Of a stretch of DNA of 64,000 nucleotides, positions 18,398 to 28,913 are shown piece after piece. Numbering within the stretch: the stretch's first letter is position 1; each line of letters starts with the position of its first letter. Both the position numbers and the translations under genes were made by a program. The stretch comes from Candidatus Sumerlaeaceae bacterium. Its GTDB lineage: Bacteria > Sumerlaeota > Sumerlaeia > Sumerlaeales > Sumerlaeaceae. Below the pieces are notes generated by a model, which did no database searches, was not told where the DNA came from, and saw only the letters and a program-made list of their open reading frames with translations. The DNA is taken from the NCBI GenBank assembly GCA_019695055.1, contig JAIBAT010000063.1, positions 6,220-70,219 on the forward strand. Direction: 5' to 3'.

Positions 18398-19117
18398 ATG
18401 TTTCGCTCCACGATGAAGGCATTTGCCGCACTGACCGCATTGACGCTGATCTTGGGCTCCGGTTCGGAAGTCTCGGCCGCCACGGCTGGCCAGGCGCGCG
18501 TTCGGCTGGTCCATGCCTGCCCCGGGCTCGGCTCGGTAAAGGCAAAGGTTAACGGCCGCTACATTACCCGCAGCCTTCCCTATGGCCAGGTGACGGGCTA
18601 CGCCGTCGCACGCCCCGATCTCGCCCTTGTCGATTTGTTTGACGCGGCGACCCAGGAGCCCCTCGAGTTTCAGTTCGAGGTTCCCGTGGACGCCGGCTAT
18701 GACTACACGGCCCTCGTGATTCGCGATGACCTTCAGCCTGACCCCAACCCGACGCTCGCCACTCCGTTCCTCGATGACGTAAACCTGGCCCTGACAGCCC
18801 ATCCTCGCGGCGGTGTAAGCCGCAACAGTTCGTCTTTCTATTTCATCCATGCCGTCCCTGATGCAGGACCGGTGGACCTGTACATTAACAATGTGCTTGT
18901 CCCGACGGGAACGATTCCTTTTACGGATTATCGCGGTCCGTTCAATTTGGGCCCCGGCGCGAATACCATCGAGGCATGGGACCCGGTGAACAACATCTCC
19001 GTTTACGGACCCACTTCCGTGAACTTCCGCAGTGGCCGCATCACGACAATCGTGATTACCGGCACACTGGACGAGTTTGATGAATTCCCGGTTGTTGGGA
19101 ATTTGTACCTCGACTGA
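18398..19117 (+). CDS. DUF4397-like secreted protein
   Basis: Signal peptide; repeated RVRLVHACPGLGSVKAKVNG / FYFIHAVPDAGPVDLYINN blocks resemble DUF4397. Confidence 0.5.
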   Translation: MFRSTMKAFAALTALTLILGSGSEVSAATAGQARVRLVHACPGLGSVKAKVNGRYITRSLPYGQVTGYAVARPDLALVDLFDAATQEPLEFQFEVPVDAGYDYTALVIRDDLQPDPNPTLATPFLDDVNLALTAHPRGGVSRNSSSFYFIHAVPDAGPVDLYINNVLVPTGTIPFTDYRGPFNLGPGANTIEAWDPVNNISVYGPTSVNFRSGRITTIVITGTLDEFDEFPVVGNLYLD

Positions 19118-19143
19118 TTGGGCCCCACTATACCGAGTTTAGA

Positions 19144-19182
19144 CCCCGGTCGGCCCCGGCGCTGACCGGGGTTTCTTCTTTT
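19144..19182 (+). terminator. rho-independent terminator
   Basis: CCCCGGTCGG...GACCGGGG hairpin followed by TTTCTTCTTTT. Confidence 0.45.
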
Positions 19183-19301
19183 GGGGACACTTGGGGTTGG
19201 CGCAATTTGTTTGCTTTTCAGGGGCAATCCGCTAACCCCGCACATACCGATTTGGCGGTCCATTTCCGCCAACCGGCACAAAACTTGTTCTGGAATGGCT
19301 C

Positions 19302-21140
19302 ATGATTAAGATTGGAATGCCCCGCCGTCTCGCCACGGGAATCTTGGCGTTGTCTGTGGCGTGGACTGGTACCGCCCTTGCCGATACCACGGCCACCCAA
19401 AAGACCGATTCCGAGGCCGATCCCATAGAATGGCGCGCCAAGCCGGCCCCAGAGGGATTCAAGCTCCCCTTCCCGGATGCGTTGCCAGCCACGGACATCG
19501 AGCCTGGCAAGCGCGGCGGCAAGTTCGTCTACGTCAGCTTTGGCGAGGGCCCGAAGGATTTCAATGCAATCACTGCCAACGATTCCGGGTCTAATGACAT
19601 TCTTGGCCTGATCCACTCGTCGCTGATTGGGTTTGATAACAAGACCCAGAAGTACGTTCCCAGCCTCCTGAAGGAATGGTACATGGAGGAGGACAAGCGA
19701 AACTGGATCGTGAAATTCCGGGAGGGAATCAAGTGGTCTGACGGCAAGCCCATAACGGCCGACGATCTTATCTTCACGGTACAGGTGATTTTTGACCCGA
19801 AAATCCTCAACGCCGTGCGCGATAACCGCATGGTGGATGGTAAGCCGATGGAATTTGAAAAGGTGAATGAGACAACCGTTCGTGTCAAACTTGCGAAGCC
19901 CAGCGCCTCGTTTGAACCTCTCATGGGTTTCCCCATCCTTCCCAAGCACGCATACGAAGCCGCTTACAAGGAGGGAAAGTTTGAGCAGGTTCTAAATATA
20001 AACGTGGATCCCGCGACCATAATTGGCAGCGGCCCCTTCAGAATCAAGCAGTACCAGCAGGGCGAGCGCGTGATCCTGGAGCGCAATCCCCATTATTTCA
20101 AATATGACAGGAACGGTACCCAGCTTCCTTACCTCGACAACCTGATTGTGACCTACGCGCCCGACATGGATCAGCAACTGCTTCGCTTCCAAAACGGCTC
20201 GGCGGATGCCCTCGTACGGCCACGGCCCCAATCCGTGCCCGACCTTAAGGACGGACAGGCCAAGGGCAACTACACTCTCTATGATTGCGGCCCCGGCGAT
20301 GGAGCAAATTGCTTCTGGTTCAATCTCAAGGAGGGAAAGAACAAGGAAAACGGCAAGCCGTTCGTGGATCCAGTCAAAATGGCCTGGTTCCAGGACAAGC
20401 GTTTCCGGCAGGCTGCTCTTTACGCGTTGGACAAGGATAGCGTGATAGCCACGGAATTACGGGGTTTGGCCGTGAGTGTGTGGGGGCTGGAATCGCCAGC
20501 CATCAAGAACTGGTACAATCCAGACATCGCAAAGTTTGAGTATGACCCTGAGAAGGCCAAGGCGCTATTGGACGAAATGGGCCTCAGGGATCGCGACAAG
20601 GATGGGATTCGCGAGGACGAAAAGGGGAACAAGGTTTCATTTACCTTCATCACCAACAAGGGAAACAAGGTTCGTGAAAATATCGCCAACCTCTTCTCGG
20701 AGGATTGGCGAAACGTCGGAATCGACGGGCGACCGGACTTTGTGGATTTCAACGCCCTCGTTACGCGTACCGCGGACACGTTTGCTTATGACGCATGCCT
20801 TCTCGGTTTTGGCGGGGGCGGCGTCCATCCATCGAACAGCATGAACGTCTATCGCAGCAGCGCTCGAACCCACTTCTGGAACCCGCAGCAGGAAAAACCC
20901 GCAACACCCTGGGAGGCCGAGATCGACAGGCTGTCGGAAAAGTTCAACGCCACTCTCTCTGTCACGGAACAGCGGGAAATCTTCAACAGGATGCAGGCGA
21001 TTATTGCGGACAACACGCCTTTCCTGCCACTTCATACATCGAAGGTGTTTATCGCAGTCCGAAACACATTCGGAAACCTGAAGCCTGTGGCCATCGACCC
21101 GGAACTGCTTTGGAATGCCGATGAGATTTATGTCAAGTAG
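19302..21140 (+). CDS. ABC transporter substrate-binding protein, family 5 (peptide/nickel, OppA/DppA-like)
   Basis: 612 aa; signal peptide; family-5 solute-binding protein architecture. Confidence 0.75.
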   Translation: MIKIGMPRRLATGILALSVAWTGTALADTTATQKTDSEADPIEWRAKPAPEGFKLPFPDALPATDIEPGKRGGKFVYVSFGEGPKDFNAITANDSGSNDILGLIHSSLIGFDNKTQKYVPSLLKEWYMEEDKRNWIVKFREGIKWSDGKPITADDLIFTVQVIFDPKILNAVRDNRMVDGKPMEFEKVNETTVRVKLAKPSASFEPLMGFPILPKHAYEAAYKEGKFEQVLNINVDPATIIGSGPFRIKQYQQGERVILERNPHYFKYDRNGTQLPYLDNLIVTYAPDMDQQLLRFQNGSADALVRPRPQSVPDLKDGQAKGNYTLYDCGPGDGANCFWFNLKEGKNKENGKPFVDPVKMAWFQDKRFRQAALYALDKDSVIATELRGLAVSVWGLESPAIKNWYNPDIAKFEYDPEKAKALLDEMGLRDRDKDGIREDEKGNKVSFTFITNKGNKVRENIANLFSEDWRNVGIDGRPDFVDFNALVTRTADTFAYDACLLGFGGGGVHPSNSMNVYRSSARTHFWNPQQEKPATPWEAEIDRLSEKFNATLSVTEQREIFNRMQAIIADNTPFLPLHTSKVFIAVRNTFGNLKPVAIDPELLWNADEIYVK

Positions 21141-21146
21141 GAGCGA

Positions 21147-22118
21147 ATGGCGAAGTTAGTCCTCCGGCGGATACTTGAATCCATCCCTTTGCTACTGGCG
21201 ATTTCGCTGGTCACATTTTTCCTGCTGTTTCACAGCCCCGGCGATTTCACCTCGCAGCTCAAGATGGACCCGAAAATTTCCAACGAACTGTTGGAAATGG
21301 AAATCAAGCGGATGGGGCTGGATCAGCCCTGGTACGTGGTTTGGGGAAAATGGGTCGTTAATGCCACCACCCGCGGAGACCTCGGCCAATCCTTCACCTA
21401 CAAGGTGCCCGTCGCCTCGCTCATCGGGGCCCGCCTTTATAATACATTCCTCCTCGCCCTGACATCCACGATCTTTGCATGGCTGATCGCCGTTCCCCTC
21501 GGTATCCTTGCCGCCGTCAGGCAGGACAAGCCCATTGACCGCATTGCTTCGGGAATCGCATTCCTCGGACTTTCGATACCCTCCGTGCTGCTGGCTCTGT
21601 TCGCCATCTACCTCGCCGCTGTAACAGGGTGGTTTCCCGTGGGGGGCATGACGAGCGAAAATTACTTCGACATGACGTCCACTTGGGACAGATTCAAGGA
21701 TGTCTGCCACCACTTATTCCTCCCAACCATCGTGCTTGGTGTCGGCGGCTTTGCCATCTACACTCGCCAGATGCGGTCGAACCTGCTTGAGACCTTGAAA
21801 GCGGATTACGTGCGCACGGCCAGGTCAAAGGGAGTCTCGGGCGGATCGGCGGTGATGCGCCATGCGCTTCGCAATGCCATAAATCCCATGATCACGCTCT
21901 TCGGTTTTGCCTTCAGCGACTTGTTGAGCGGCGCCTTCCTCGTGGAAAACGTCATGGCGTGGCCCGGTCTCGGGCGCACAACCATCGAGGCGTACGGGTC
22001 CAAGGATATGTGTGTCGTTGCCGCAGCCGTGCTGCTGGCTGCGGTCATGCTGATCATTGGGAATTTGATTGCGGACATCTTGCTGGCGCTGAATGACCCG
22101 AGGATCCGCTATGATTGA
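21147..22118 (+). CDS. ABC transporter permease (OppB/DppB-like)
   Basis: Binding-protein-dependent inner membrane component; polytopic. Confidence 0.8.
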   Translation: MAKLVLRRILESIPLLLAISLVTFFLLFHSPGDFTSQLKMDPKISNELLEMEIKRMGLDQPWYVVWGKWVVNATTRGDLGQSFTYKVPVASLIGARLYNTFLLALTSTIFAWLIAVPLGILAAVRQDKPIDRIASGIAFLGLSIPSVLLALFAIYLAAVTGWFPVGGMTSENYFDMTSTWDRFKDVCHHLFLPTIVLGVGGFAIYTRQMRSNLLETLKADYVRTARSKGVSGGSAVMRHALRNAINPMITLFGFAFSDLLSGAFLVENVMAWPGLGRTTIEAYGSKDMCVVAAAVLLAAVMLIIGNLIADILLALNDPRIRYD

Positions 22119-23235
22119 ATCCGTGGAAGACAAAGTTCTTTCCCCGGGTGCGCTGGCGTGGCGGCGCCTGCGGCGAAATCGGTCCGCCCTTATCGGCGGC
22201 ATTATGCTCATCATCCTTTATGTGGGCACGCTATTCGGTAGTTTCATTGCACCCCATGAACCCTCGGCCCGAGATTATCGTGCTACCAATATGCCTCCCA
22301 CGGTTCCCCATTTCTTCGACGAGAAAGGGACGTTCCATGCGCGTCCATTCGTCTATGGTATGAAGCTTGTCGATGCCGAGCGCCAGAAGTGGGAAGTGGT
22401 CACCGATAAGAAGTATCCCATTAATTTCCTGGTGAAGGGCGCTCCCTACAAACTCTGGTGGCTGTTCAACATGGAGACCCATCTGTTTGGCGTGGAGAAG
22501 CCGGGGCGCATCGCTCTCTTTGGCACGGACTCCGTGGGTAAGGATGTGTTTTCACGCGTTATCGAGGGCGGAAAGATTTCCCTCTCCATTGGCCTGCTGG
22601 GCATAGGCATTTCCCTGGTCATCGGGATGTTCATGGGATCACTGGCCGGCTACTTCGGGGGCTGGTGGGACACAGTGATCATGCGCGTCGTGGAGTTCCT
22701 GCTCTCCATCCCGTCGCTATACCTCATCATCTCGCTTCGCGCGTATTTTCAGACGGAGGGGATCTTCGGCATTGGCCGCGGCGGTCAAATCACCTCGACC
22801 CAAATGTACGTCATCATTGTCGTAATCCTCGCCATAATCGGCTGGGCCGGCCAGGCCCGCGTCATCCGTGGCATGGTGCTTTCCATCAAGGAGCAGGATT
22901 TCATCACCGCCGAGCGCGCCATGGGAGCCGGCACCCTTCGCATCATCACCAAACACATCCTGCCAAACACGATGAGTTACGTCATTATCTCGGCCACCAT
23001 TGCCGTACCTGGTTATATTCTCGGGGAGGTGGCCCTCAGCTACCTTGGAGTCGGCATCCAGGAGCCGCAGGTGAGTTGGGGCATCATGCTGGAGAACGCC
23101 CAGAGCACCACTGTCATCAAGAACTTTCCGTGGCTGCTCATGGCGCCGGCTTTCTTCATCTTCATCACGGTTTTTGCATTCAATTTCCTCGGTGACGGCC
23201 TGCGCGACGCGCTGGACCCGAAACACCGGAAATGA
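22111..23235 (+). CDS. ABC transporter permease (OppC/DppC-like)
   Basis: MIESVEDK...; EAA-like loop; overlaps the upstream stop. Confidence 0.75.
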   Translation: MIESVEDKVLSPGALAWRRLRRNRSALIGGIMLIILYVGTLFGSFIAPHEPSARDYRATNMPPTVPHFFDEKGTFHARPFVYGMKLVDAERQKWEVVTDKKYPINFLVKGAPYKLWWLFNMETHLFGVEKPGRIALFGTDSVGKDVFSRVIEGGKISLSIGLLGIGISLVIGMFMGSLAGYFGGWWDTVIMRVVEFLLSIPSLYLIISLRAYFQTEGIFGIGRGGQITSTQMYVIIVVILAIIGWAGQARVIRGMVLSIKEQDFITAERAMGAGTLRIITKHILPNTMSYVIISATIAVPGYILGEVALSYLGVGIQEPQVSWGIMLENAQSTTVIKNFPWLLMAPAFFIFITVFAFNFLGDGLRDALDPKHRK

Positions 23236-23262
23236 AAACGCCGCCCATATAGGGCGGCGTGT
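23234..23262. terminator. bidirectional hairpin terminator between the permease gene (+) and the tRNA pair (-)
   Basis: ACGCCGCCC-ATATA-GGGCGGCGT stem with an A/T-run on the minus-sense side. Confidence 0.4.
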
Positions 23263-23277
23263 TGATGCTGAGAAAAC

Positions 23278-23354
<77 letters not shown>

Positions 23355-23411
23355 GCAAGGGCCTTTACTCCTACTTCATGCTGCCGCTTTTATTTCGGCA
23401 GCGGGGAAAAC

Positions 23412-23488
23412 TGGTGGGTAGAGTAGGGCTCGAACCTACGACCCCCAGCTTGTAAGGCTGGTGCTCTAACCAACTGAGCTATCCACCC
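23412..23488 (-). tRNA. tRNA-Val (TAC)
   Basis: GGGTGGATAGCTCAGTTGGTTAGAGC...; anticodon loop CTTACAA; CCA encoded. Confidence 0.85.
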
Positions 23489-23518
23489 AGGGGCGGTTCC
23501 GCAAGCGGAGCCGCAAAA

Positions 23519-23908
23519 CTATTCGGCGCGGAAGGGCAGCAGCGCGATGATGCGGGCGCGCTTGATGGCCGTCGTCAGCATGCGCTGGTACTTTGCCGAA
23601 ACTCCCGTGATGCGACGGGGAAGAATCTTGCCGCGATCCGTGACGAAGCGGCGCAGGGTCTTCACATCCTTGTAATCAATGTAATCAATCTTGTTGGCCA
23701 GGAAGGGGCAGACCTTGCGGCGCTGGAAGCGGCGCGCGCCGCCCGGGCCACCGGGGCCACGGCGCTGGTAGCCACCTTCGCCGCGGGACTGATATCCGCC
23801 CTCGGGGCGGCTTGTGGGGCCTGTGGGGGCAACGGTGGCTGTCGGGGCTGCTTCCGCTGCAGGAGCCGCTTCCGCGGCGGGGACGTCGTTGGTAATTTCT
23901 TCGCTCAT
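23519..23908 (-). CDS. rpsR: 30S ribosomal protein S18 (with low-complexity N-terminal extension)
   Basis: [47 protein letters not shown]. Confidence 0.85.
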   Translation of the reverse strand: MSEEITNDVPAAEAAPAAEAAPTATVAPTGPTSRPEGGYQSRGEGGYQRRGPGGPGGARRFQRRKVCPFLANKIDYIDYKDVKTLRRFVTDRGKILPRRITGVSAKYQRMLTTAIKRARIIALLPFRAE

Positions 23909-23949
23909 TTGTTTTTCCTCAGTAATGATATTTTATAGTAGGTGGTGGT

Positions 23950-24447
23950 TTAGAACGGAATGTCGTCCTGGACGTTCGAGTCCTGGAAATCGAGGCCATC
24001 GGAAGGTGAAGCTCCGCCGGACTGGCGCGCCGCAGGACGGCTGCCGCCGGAACGGGCCGGGCCGGAAGCCGGAGCGCTGTCGCCAGCGTCGCCGCCTTCT
24101 TCGCCGCCACCCGCGCGCTGTGGAACGTCAAAACCCGTTACACGCTCGGCAACTATGCGAATCTTCGACTGCTTCTGTCCGTCCTTCTCCCAGGTATCCT
24201 GCTTGAGGCGTCCGTCCACGTAGACTGGGCGACCTTTGCGCAGCGTCTCCGCGGCGCGCTCGGCCGTCTTACCCCAAGTCTCAACGTCTATGAAGGTCGT
24301 CTCGTCCCGCCATTCGCCATTCTTGTCCTGAAACCGGCGATTAACCGCCACGGACAATGTGGTAACCGCAGCGCCCGAAGGCAGATACTTTGTTTCCGGA
24401 TCCCGGGTCAAGCGCCCGGTGACCATGACTTTGTTGATGGAAAGCAT
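23950..24447 (-). CDS. ssb: single-stranded DNA-binding protein
   Basis: OB-fold N-terminus MLSINKVMVTGRLTRDPE...; Gly-rich tail ending DDIPF. Confidence 0.85.
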   Translation of the reverse strand: MLSINKVMVTGRLTRDPETKYLPSGAAVTTLSVAVNRRFQDKNGEWRDETTFIDVETWGKTAERAAETLRKGRPVYVDGRLKQDTWEKDGQKQSKIRIVAERVTGFDVPQRAGGGEEGGDAGDSAPASGPARSGGSRPAARQSGGASPSDGLDFQDSNVQDDIPF

Positions 24448-24465
24448 GATGGCCTCCTTCGTGGC

Positions 24466-24912
24466 TTACTGCGCGGTTTCGGTGGATGCTGGCAGGCTTG
24501 CACCGGCATCGCCAGCGGAACGCTGCTCGTAGTGGCGACGCTCGCCGGCGCTGGAGTAGCCTTCGCCCGACTGACCTGCCGACTTCACCTTCTTCGGCTT
24601 CACGGGCTTCTTGACCTTGGGCTTGGGCACGCGGGTGATCATGTTGCGAAGCAACAGTTCGTTCACGCGCAGGTTGCGCTCGATCTCGGAGAAATTGACC
24701 ACGTTCGGCTCGCCCGTGAACAGGACGATGGCATAGTAGCCCTCTTCCTTCTTGTTGATCGGGTAGGCCAGGCGGCGCTTGCCCCAGACATCCACGCTGG
24801 TGACTTCGCCCTTGTAGCGAGCCACCATATCCTTCACCTTCTGGATCTGGAGCTCGTACTCGCCTTCCTGCTGGTAGGGGTCATAAATAACAACAAGTTC
24901 GTAATTCGCCAT
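24466..24912 (-). CDS. rpsF: 30S ribosomal protein S6 (Lys-rich C-terminal extension)
   Basis: MANYELVVIYDPYQQEGEYE...; strong RBS AAGGAAGG upstream of the ATG at 24912. Confidence 0.8.
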   Translation of the reverse strand: MANYELVVIYDPYQQEGEYELQIQKVKDMVARYKGEVTSVDVWGKRRLAYPINKKEEGYYAIVLFTGEPNVVNFSEIERNLRVNELLLRNMITRVPKPKVKKPVKPKKVKSAGQSGEGYSSAGERRHYEQRSAGDAGASLPASTETAQ

Positions 24913-25134
24913 TCTTGCTACCTTCCTTTGGATATAGCCGGTTGAAGTTCGTGGCGTTGCGCCGTGAATCAATCGGCAGGATGCGCGGGAACAAGCCCGC
25001 GTCGAACCGAGAATGGCTACAGGCCCCCAAAAGCGAATATTCAGGCGGCCGGGAACGGGTTCCTCTGCCCTTCGGGGCCGCGATTTCAAGGTTTTTGCAA
25101 ATAACATTCGTTTAAGCGAATATACGAAAACAAC

Positions 25135-25530
25135 ATGCGCGACCTCTTCAAATGCCTCGCCGACCCAACCCGACTCCGGGTTCTTCATCTCCTGGCCCAC
25201 CGCGGCCCTGAAATCTGTGTCTGCGATCTCGTGGCGGTCCTCCAGCAGCCCCAGGGAACCATCTCCCGCCACCTCATGCAACTTCGCCACCTTGGGATGG
25301 TACGTGACCGCCGCCAGAACACGTGGATGCACTACTCTCTGGCGGAGCCCTCCACCAAACTCCACGGCGCTCTCCTGGATTGCCTGCGCACTGCTTGCGA
25401 CGAGGAGCCTCAGCTTGCCGCCGATTTGGTCCATTTCGACAAGCTCCGCGAGCAGAAGAGCCTCGCCTGCTGTGCCATTCCTGCGGTGACGGTTTACCTT
25501 CAAACGAGTGTGGCGGAGGCACCGCATTGA
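25135..25530 (+). CDS. arsR: ArsR/SmtB-family transcriptional repressor
   Basis: LADPTRLRVLHLL...CVCDL...ISRHL (wHTH with metalloid-binding Cys). Confidence 0.75.
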   Translation: MRDLFKCLADPTRLRVLHLLAHRGPEICVCDLVAVLQQPQGTISRHLMQLRHLGMVRDRRQNTWMHYSLAEPSTKLHGALLDCLRTACDEEPQLAADLVHFDKLREQKSLACCAIPAVTVYLQTSVAEAPH

Positions 25531-25943
25531 CGCCATCCAGGACCCACCTTCTGTTTGTGTGCGTGGAGAACTCCAACCGTTCCCAGATGGCCGAGGCCTT
25601 TGCCCGGTTCCACGGTGGCGACGTCATCAAGGCCCACAGCGCAGGCTCCCGCCCCTCGGGAATCATAAACCCGAACGCAACTACCGCGATGGCTCAGCGC
25701 GGCATCAGTCTTAAGTCCCATCACTCCAAGGGCCTCGCGGACCTGCCCCCTCTGGAATGGGACTGGGTCATTACCATGGGCTGCGGCGATTCCTGCCCCA
25801 ATCTGCCAGCCCGCCATCGCGCCGATTGGGCCCTCCCAGACCCGCGCAACATGGACCCCGGTGACTTCAATCAGGTGCGCGACGAAATCGAACGCCGTGT
25901 CGTCGATCTTCTTCAATCAATCAAACAGGAGACCAATACGTGA
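25527..25943 (+). CDS. arsC: arsenate reductase (LMW-PTP family, thioredoxin-coupled)
   Basis: LLFVCVENSNRSQMAEAF (CX5R P-loop); TTG start overlapping the arsR stop (TTGA). Confidence 0.7.
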   Translation: MTPSRTHLLFVCVENSNRSQMAEAFARFHGGDVIKAHSAGSRPSGIINPNATTAMAQRGISLKSHHSKGLADLPPLEWDWVITMGCGDSCPNLPARHRADWALPDPRNMDPGDFNQVRDEIERRVVDLLQSIKQETNT

Positions 25944-26830
25944 CCCCGAACGCAACCCCTCCAGGACAGCACGAGGAGAAAATTCGTGAAGTCGTTCGCG
26001 AGCGATATGCTGCCGCCGCCCAGTCGGCCCTTGGTCAGAAGACCTCTTCATGTTGTGGTGCCGGCAGTTGCTGCCCGGCGGAAGATTTGTCCGACAAGGC
26101 CAAGGATTTCATATCCCGCGACCTCTACTCCGACTCCGAGATCGGCGGGCTGCCGCTGGCGGCCCATCTTGCCTCCCTCGGGTGTGGAAATCCCACCGCC
26201 CTCGCCGAACTCAGCCCGGGGGAAGTTGTTCTCGACCTCGGCTCTGGCGGTGGCATCGACGTCCTTCTGTCAGCCCGACGCGTCGGCGCCGACGGATTTG
26301 TCTACGGCCTCGACATGACCGATGAAATGCTGGACCTTGCCGAGCGCAATCGCGTCGAGGCTGGCGTCAGCAACGTAGAATTCCTCAAAGGCCAAATCGA
26401 GGAGATACCCCTCCCTGACGCCACCGTGGACGTGATTATTTCCAATTGCGTCATCAATCTTTCGGCCGACAAGGACCGCGTCCTGCGCGAAGCCCACCGC
26501 GTCCTGAAACCCGGCGGCCGCTTTGCCGTGTCCGACGTCGTCGTGGATGGTGAACTCGGCCTTCCCGATGAAATCCGCAGCGACCTCCTCGCCTGGAGTG
26601 GGTGTGTTGCCGGGGCCCTCAGCGTTGAGGACTATCTTCAGAAACTTCGTGCCTCCGGTTTCGAAACAGCCGACGTCGAGCCCGTCCGCCGCTACGAGAT
26701 CGCCGCTATGGTCGAGTCAGGTTATGGCTCCATGATCGAGCGCCTCACCGCCGAGCAGCGCGAGAATATCGATGGTCGCATCATGAGCGCCTTTATCCGA
26801 GCCCGCAAGGGTAACGGCACAAAGGGTTAA
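25940..26830 (+). CDS. arsM: arsenite S-adenosylmethionine methyltransferase
   Basis: [15 protein letters not shown] motif; conserved Cys pairs (CCGAGSCC); GTG start overlapping the arsC stop. Confidence 0.75.
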   Translation: MTPNATPPGQHEEKIREVVRERYAAAAQSALGQKTSSCCGAGSCCPAEDLSDKAKDFISRDLYSDSEIGGLPLAAHLASLGCGNPTALAELSPGEVVLDLGSGGGIDVLLSARRVGADGFVYGLDMTDEMLDLAERNRVEAGVSNVEFLKGQIEEIPLPDATVDVIISNCVINLSADKDRVLREAHRVLKPGGRFAVSDVVVDGELGLPDEIRSDLLAWSGCVAGALSVEDYLQKLRASGFETADVEPVRRYEIAAMVESGYGSMIERLTAEQRENIDGRIMSAFIRARKGNGTKG

Positions 26831-26841
26831 ATGGACAAGGA

Positions 26842-27960
26842 ATGACTTTGCAAGCCGCCACAGCACCTGCCGTAGCCAGCGATGCTGGGTGCCCGGGCAC
26901 GCTTTCCTTCCTCGACCGTTTTCTCACCCTCTGGATATTCGTCGCCATGGCCGCGGGCGTTGCCCTGGGTCATTGGGCCCCTGCCGTACCCGCCGCCATT
27001 ACCGGCTGGAGTATAGGAACAACCTCCATCCCCATCGCGGTTGGGTTGATCCTGATGATGTATCCGCCCCTCGCGAAGGTCCGCTATGAGGAACTCCCCG
27101 AGGTCTTCACGAACTGGAAAATACTTGGGCTCTCGTTGGTCCAGAATTGGATCGTCGGCCCCATCCTGATGTTCGCCCTCGCGGTTTTATTCCTCTTTGA
27201 CAAACCCGAGTACATGGCGGGATTGATACTCGTGGGCTTGGCCCGCTGCATCGCCATGGTCATCGTTTGGAACGACCTTGCACGCGGAAACAAGGAGTAC
27301 GCCGCAGGTCTCGTTGCCTTTAACTCAGTGTTCCAAGTTCTTTTCTACTCGGTTTATGCATGGGTCTTTATGACATGGCTCCCGCCCAAGCTTGGCCTCG
27401 CCTCCACCGTTGTCAGTATTTCCATGGCAGACGTGGCGCAAAGTGTCTTCATCTATCTCGGCATTCCCTTTCTGGCGGGAATGTTCACGCGTTTCGCCCT
27501 GGTCAAAGCAAAGGGCCGCGAATGGTACGAACGCGCCTTCATTCCGAGGATCAGCCCCATCACGCTCGTTTCCCTGCTATTCACGATAGTGGTTATGTTC
27601 GCCCTGAAGGGTGACACCATCGTGCGCCTCCCACTCGACGTGGCCCGCATTGCCCTTCCGCTTCTCATTTATTTCGTGGTCATGTTCCTCGTCTCGTTCT
27701 GGATGGGGAGGAAGGCCGGAGCTGACTACTCCAAGGCCGCCACACTGTCCTTCACTGCCGCCAGCAACAATTTTGAACTGGCCATCGCCGTCGCCATTGC
27801 CGTGTTCGGCATTCACTCGGGCGCCGCTTTTGCAGCCGTCATTGGCCCTCTCGTCGAGGTGCCCGCGCTGATAGGTCTCGTCAGCGTTTCACTTTGGATT
27901 CAAAGACGCTACTTCGCTGTTGGGGACAAACCCCACAGCCTCTCCCCCGGGGGCGCCTGA
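26842..27960 (+). CDS. acr3: arsenite efflux permease, ACR3 family
   Basis: [21 protein letters not shown]-terminal block typical of ACR3; polytopic. Confidence 0.8.
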   Translation: MTLQAATAPAVASDAGCPGTLSFLDRFLTLWIFVAMAAGVALGHWAPAVPAAITGWSIGTTSIPIAVGLILMMYPPLAKVRYEELPEVFTNWKILGLSLVQNWIVGPILMFALAVLFLFDKPEYMAGLILVGLARCIAMVIVWNDLARGNKEYAAGLVAFNSVFQVLFYSVYAWVFMTWLPPKLGLASTVVSISMADVAQSVFIYLGIPFLAGMFTRFALVKAKGREWYERAFIPRISPITLVSLLFTIVVMFALKGDTIVRLPLDVARIALPLLIYFVVMFLVSFWMGRKAGADYSKAATLSFTAASNNFELAIAVAIAVFGIHSGAAFAAVIGPLVEVPALIGLVSVSLWIQRRYFAVGDKPHSLSPGGA

Positions 27961-28018
27961 ATGGAATCAGGATATCAATCAGGCTGCTTCGCGCAGCAAG
28001 TAAAAGGGAGAGAAGGAC

Positions 28019-28897
28019 ATGCACACCGAAAAGGGGAGGGCCACCCGCGACCGTAATCGCAGGGGCCTCCAGCACCATCTGCAGATTGCCGTCATGGTTT
28101 TGATGGCTATGATGCCCGCCACCAAGGGGTTTGTCGCACCGGCCGAATCACCGACCGCCGCCCAACCTTCCCCCGGCAGTGCGGCCATAGCCAAGGCTGC
28201 CGCCAACAAACGCTACCTTTTCATTTTCTTTCATTCCGCCAATTCCAACGCCGGCAACAAGTTTGCCTTATTCGGACGCAGCCGTGCCGAGCAAACGGCG
28301 GCCCTCAAAGCGAGCTTTGATGCAGCCACCCAGAAAGCCGGCGATCGGGCAGAGTCCGTCGCCATCGACATCAGTGATCCAGCCGAGAAGGACGTTGTTA
28401 AACGGTTCGATGTGAGCCGCTCGCCCATGCCCATGGTTCTTGTGCTCGCGCCCAACGGCGCCATCACCGGGGGCTTTCCCGGAAAGTTCACGGAGGAGCA
28501 AATACTCGGCGCCGTCACCACTCCTGCCATGGCCAAATGCCTGAAGACACTACAGGATCGGAAGCTGGTATTTCTTTGCGTGCAAAACGACAAGACCCGG
28601 GGCAATGACGAGGCCATGCGCGGCGTCAAGGATTTCAAAGCCGATCAGAAATATGGGTCAGCCACCGAGATCATCACCGTCGATCCCGCGGACAAAGCCG
28701 AGGCCGCCACGCTCGGCAAATTCCACGTGGATCCATCCACGAAGGACGCTGTAACTGTGTTTATCGCTCCACCTGGGACCACCATTGCCACCTTCCAGGG
28801 GGCAACTGACAAGAAGACACTGGTCGCCAAGCTGACGGCCGCGGTCGCAAGCTGTGGCAGTGGTTGCGGCCCAAGTGGCTGCGGCCCGGCCCAGTGA
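28019..28897 (+). CDS. hypothetical exported protein with tandem thioredoxin-like segments and a C-terminal Cys-rich tail (CGSGCGPSGCGP)
   Basis: Hydrophobic N-region; repeated ...V(L/F)(V/I)APxG...; terminal SCGSGCGPSGCGPAQ. Confidence 0.4.
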   Translation: MHTEKGRATRDRNRRGLQHHLQIAVMVLMAMMPATKGFVAPAESPTAAQPSPGSAAIAKAAANKRYLFIFFHSANSNAGNKFALFGRSRAEQTAALKASFDAATQKAGDRAESVAIDISDPAEKDVVKRFDVSRSPMPMVLVLAPNGAITGGFPGKFTEEQILGAVTTPAMAKCLKTLQDRKLVFLCVQNDKTRGNDEAMRGVKDFKADQKYGSATEIITVDPADKAEAATLGKFHVDPSTKDAVTVFIAPPGTTIATFQGATDKKTLVAKLTAAVASCGSGCGPSGCGPAQ

Positions 28898-28913
28898 GGG
28901 GAGCCCGCCAACT

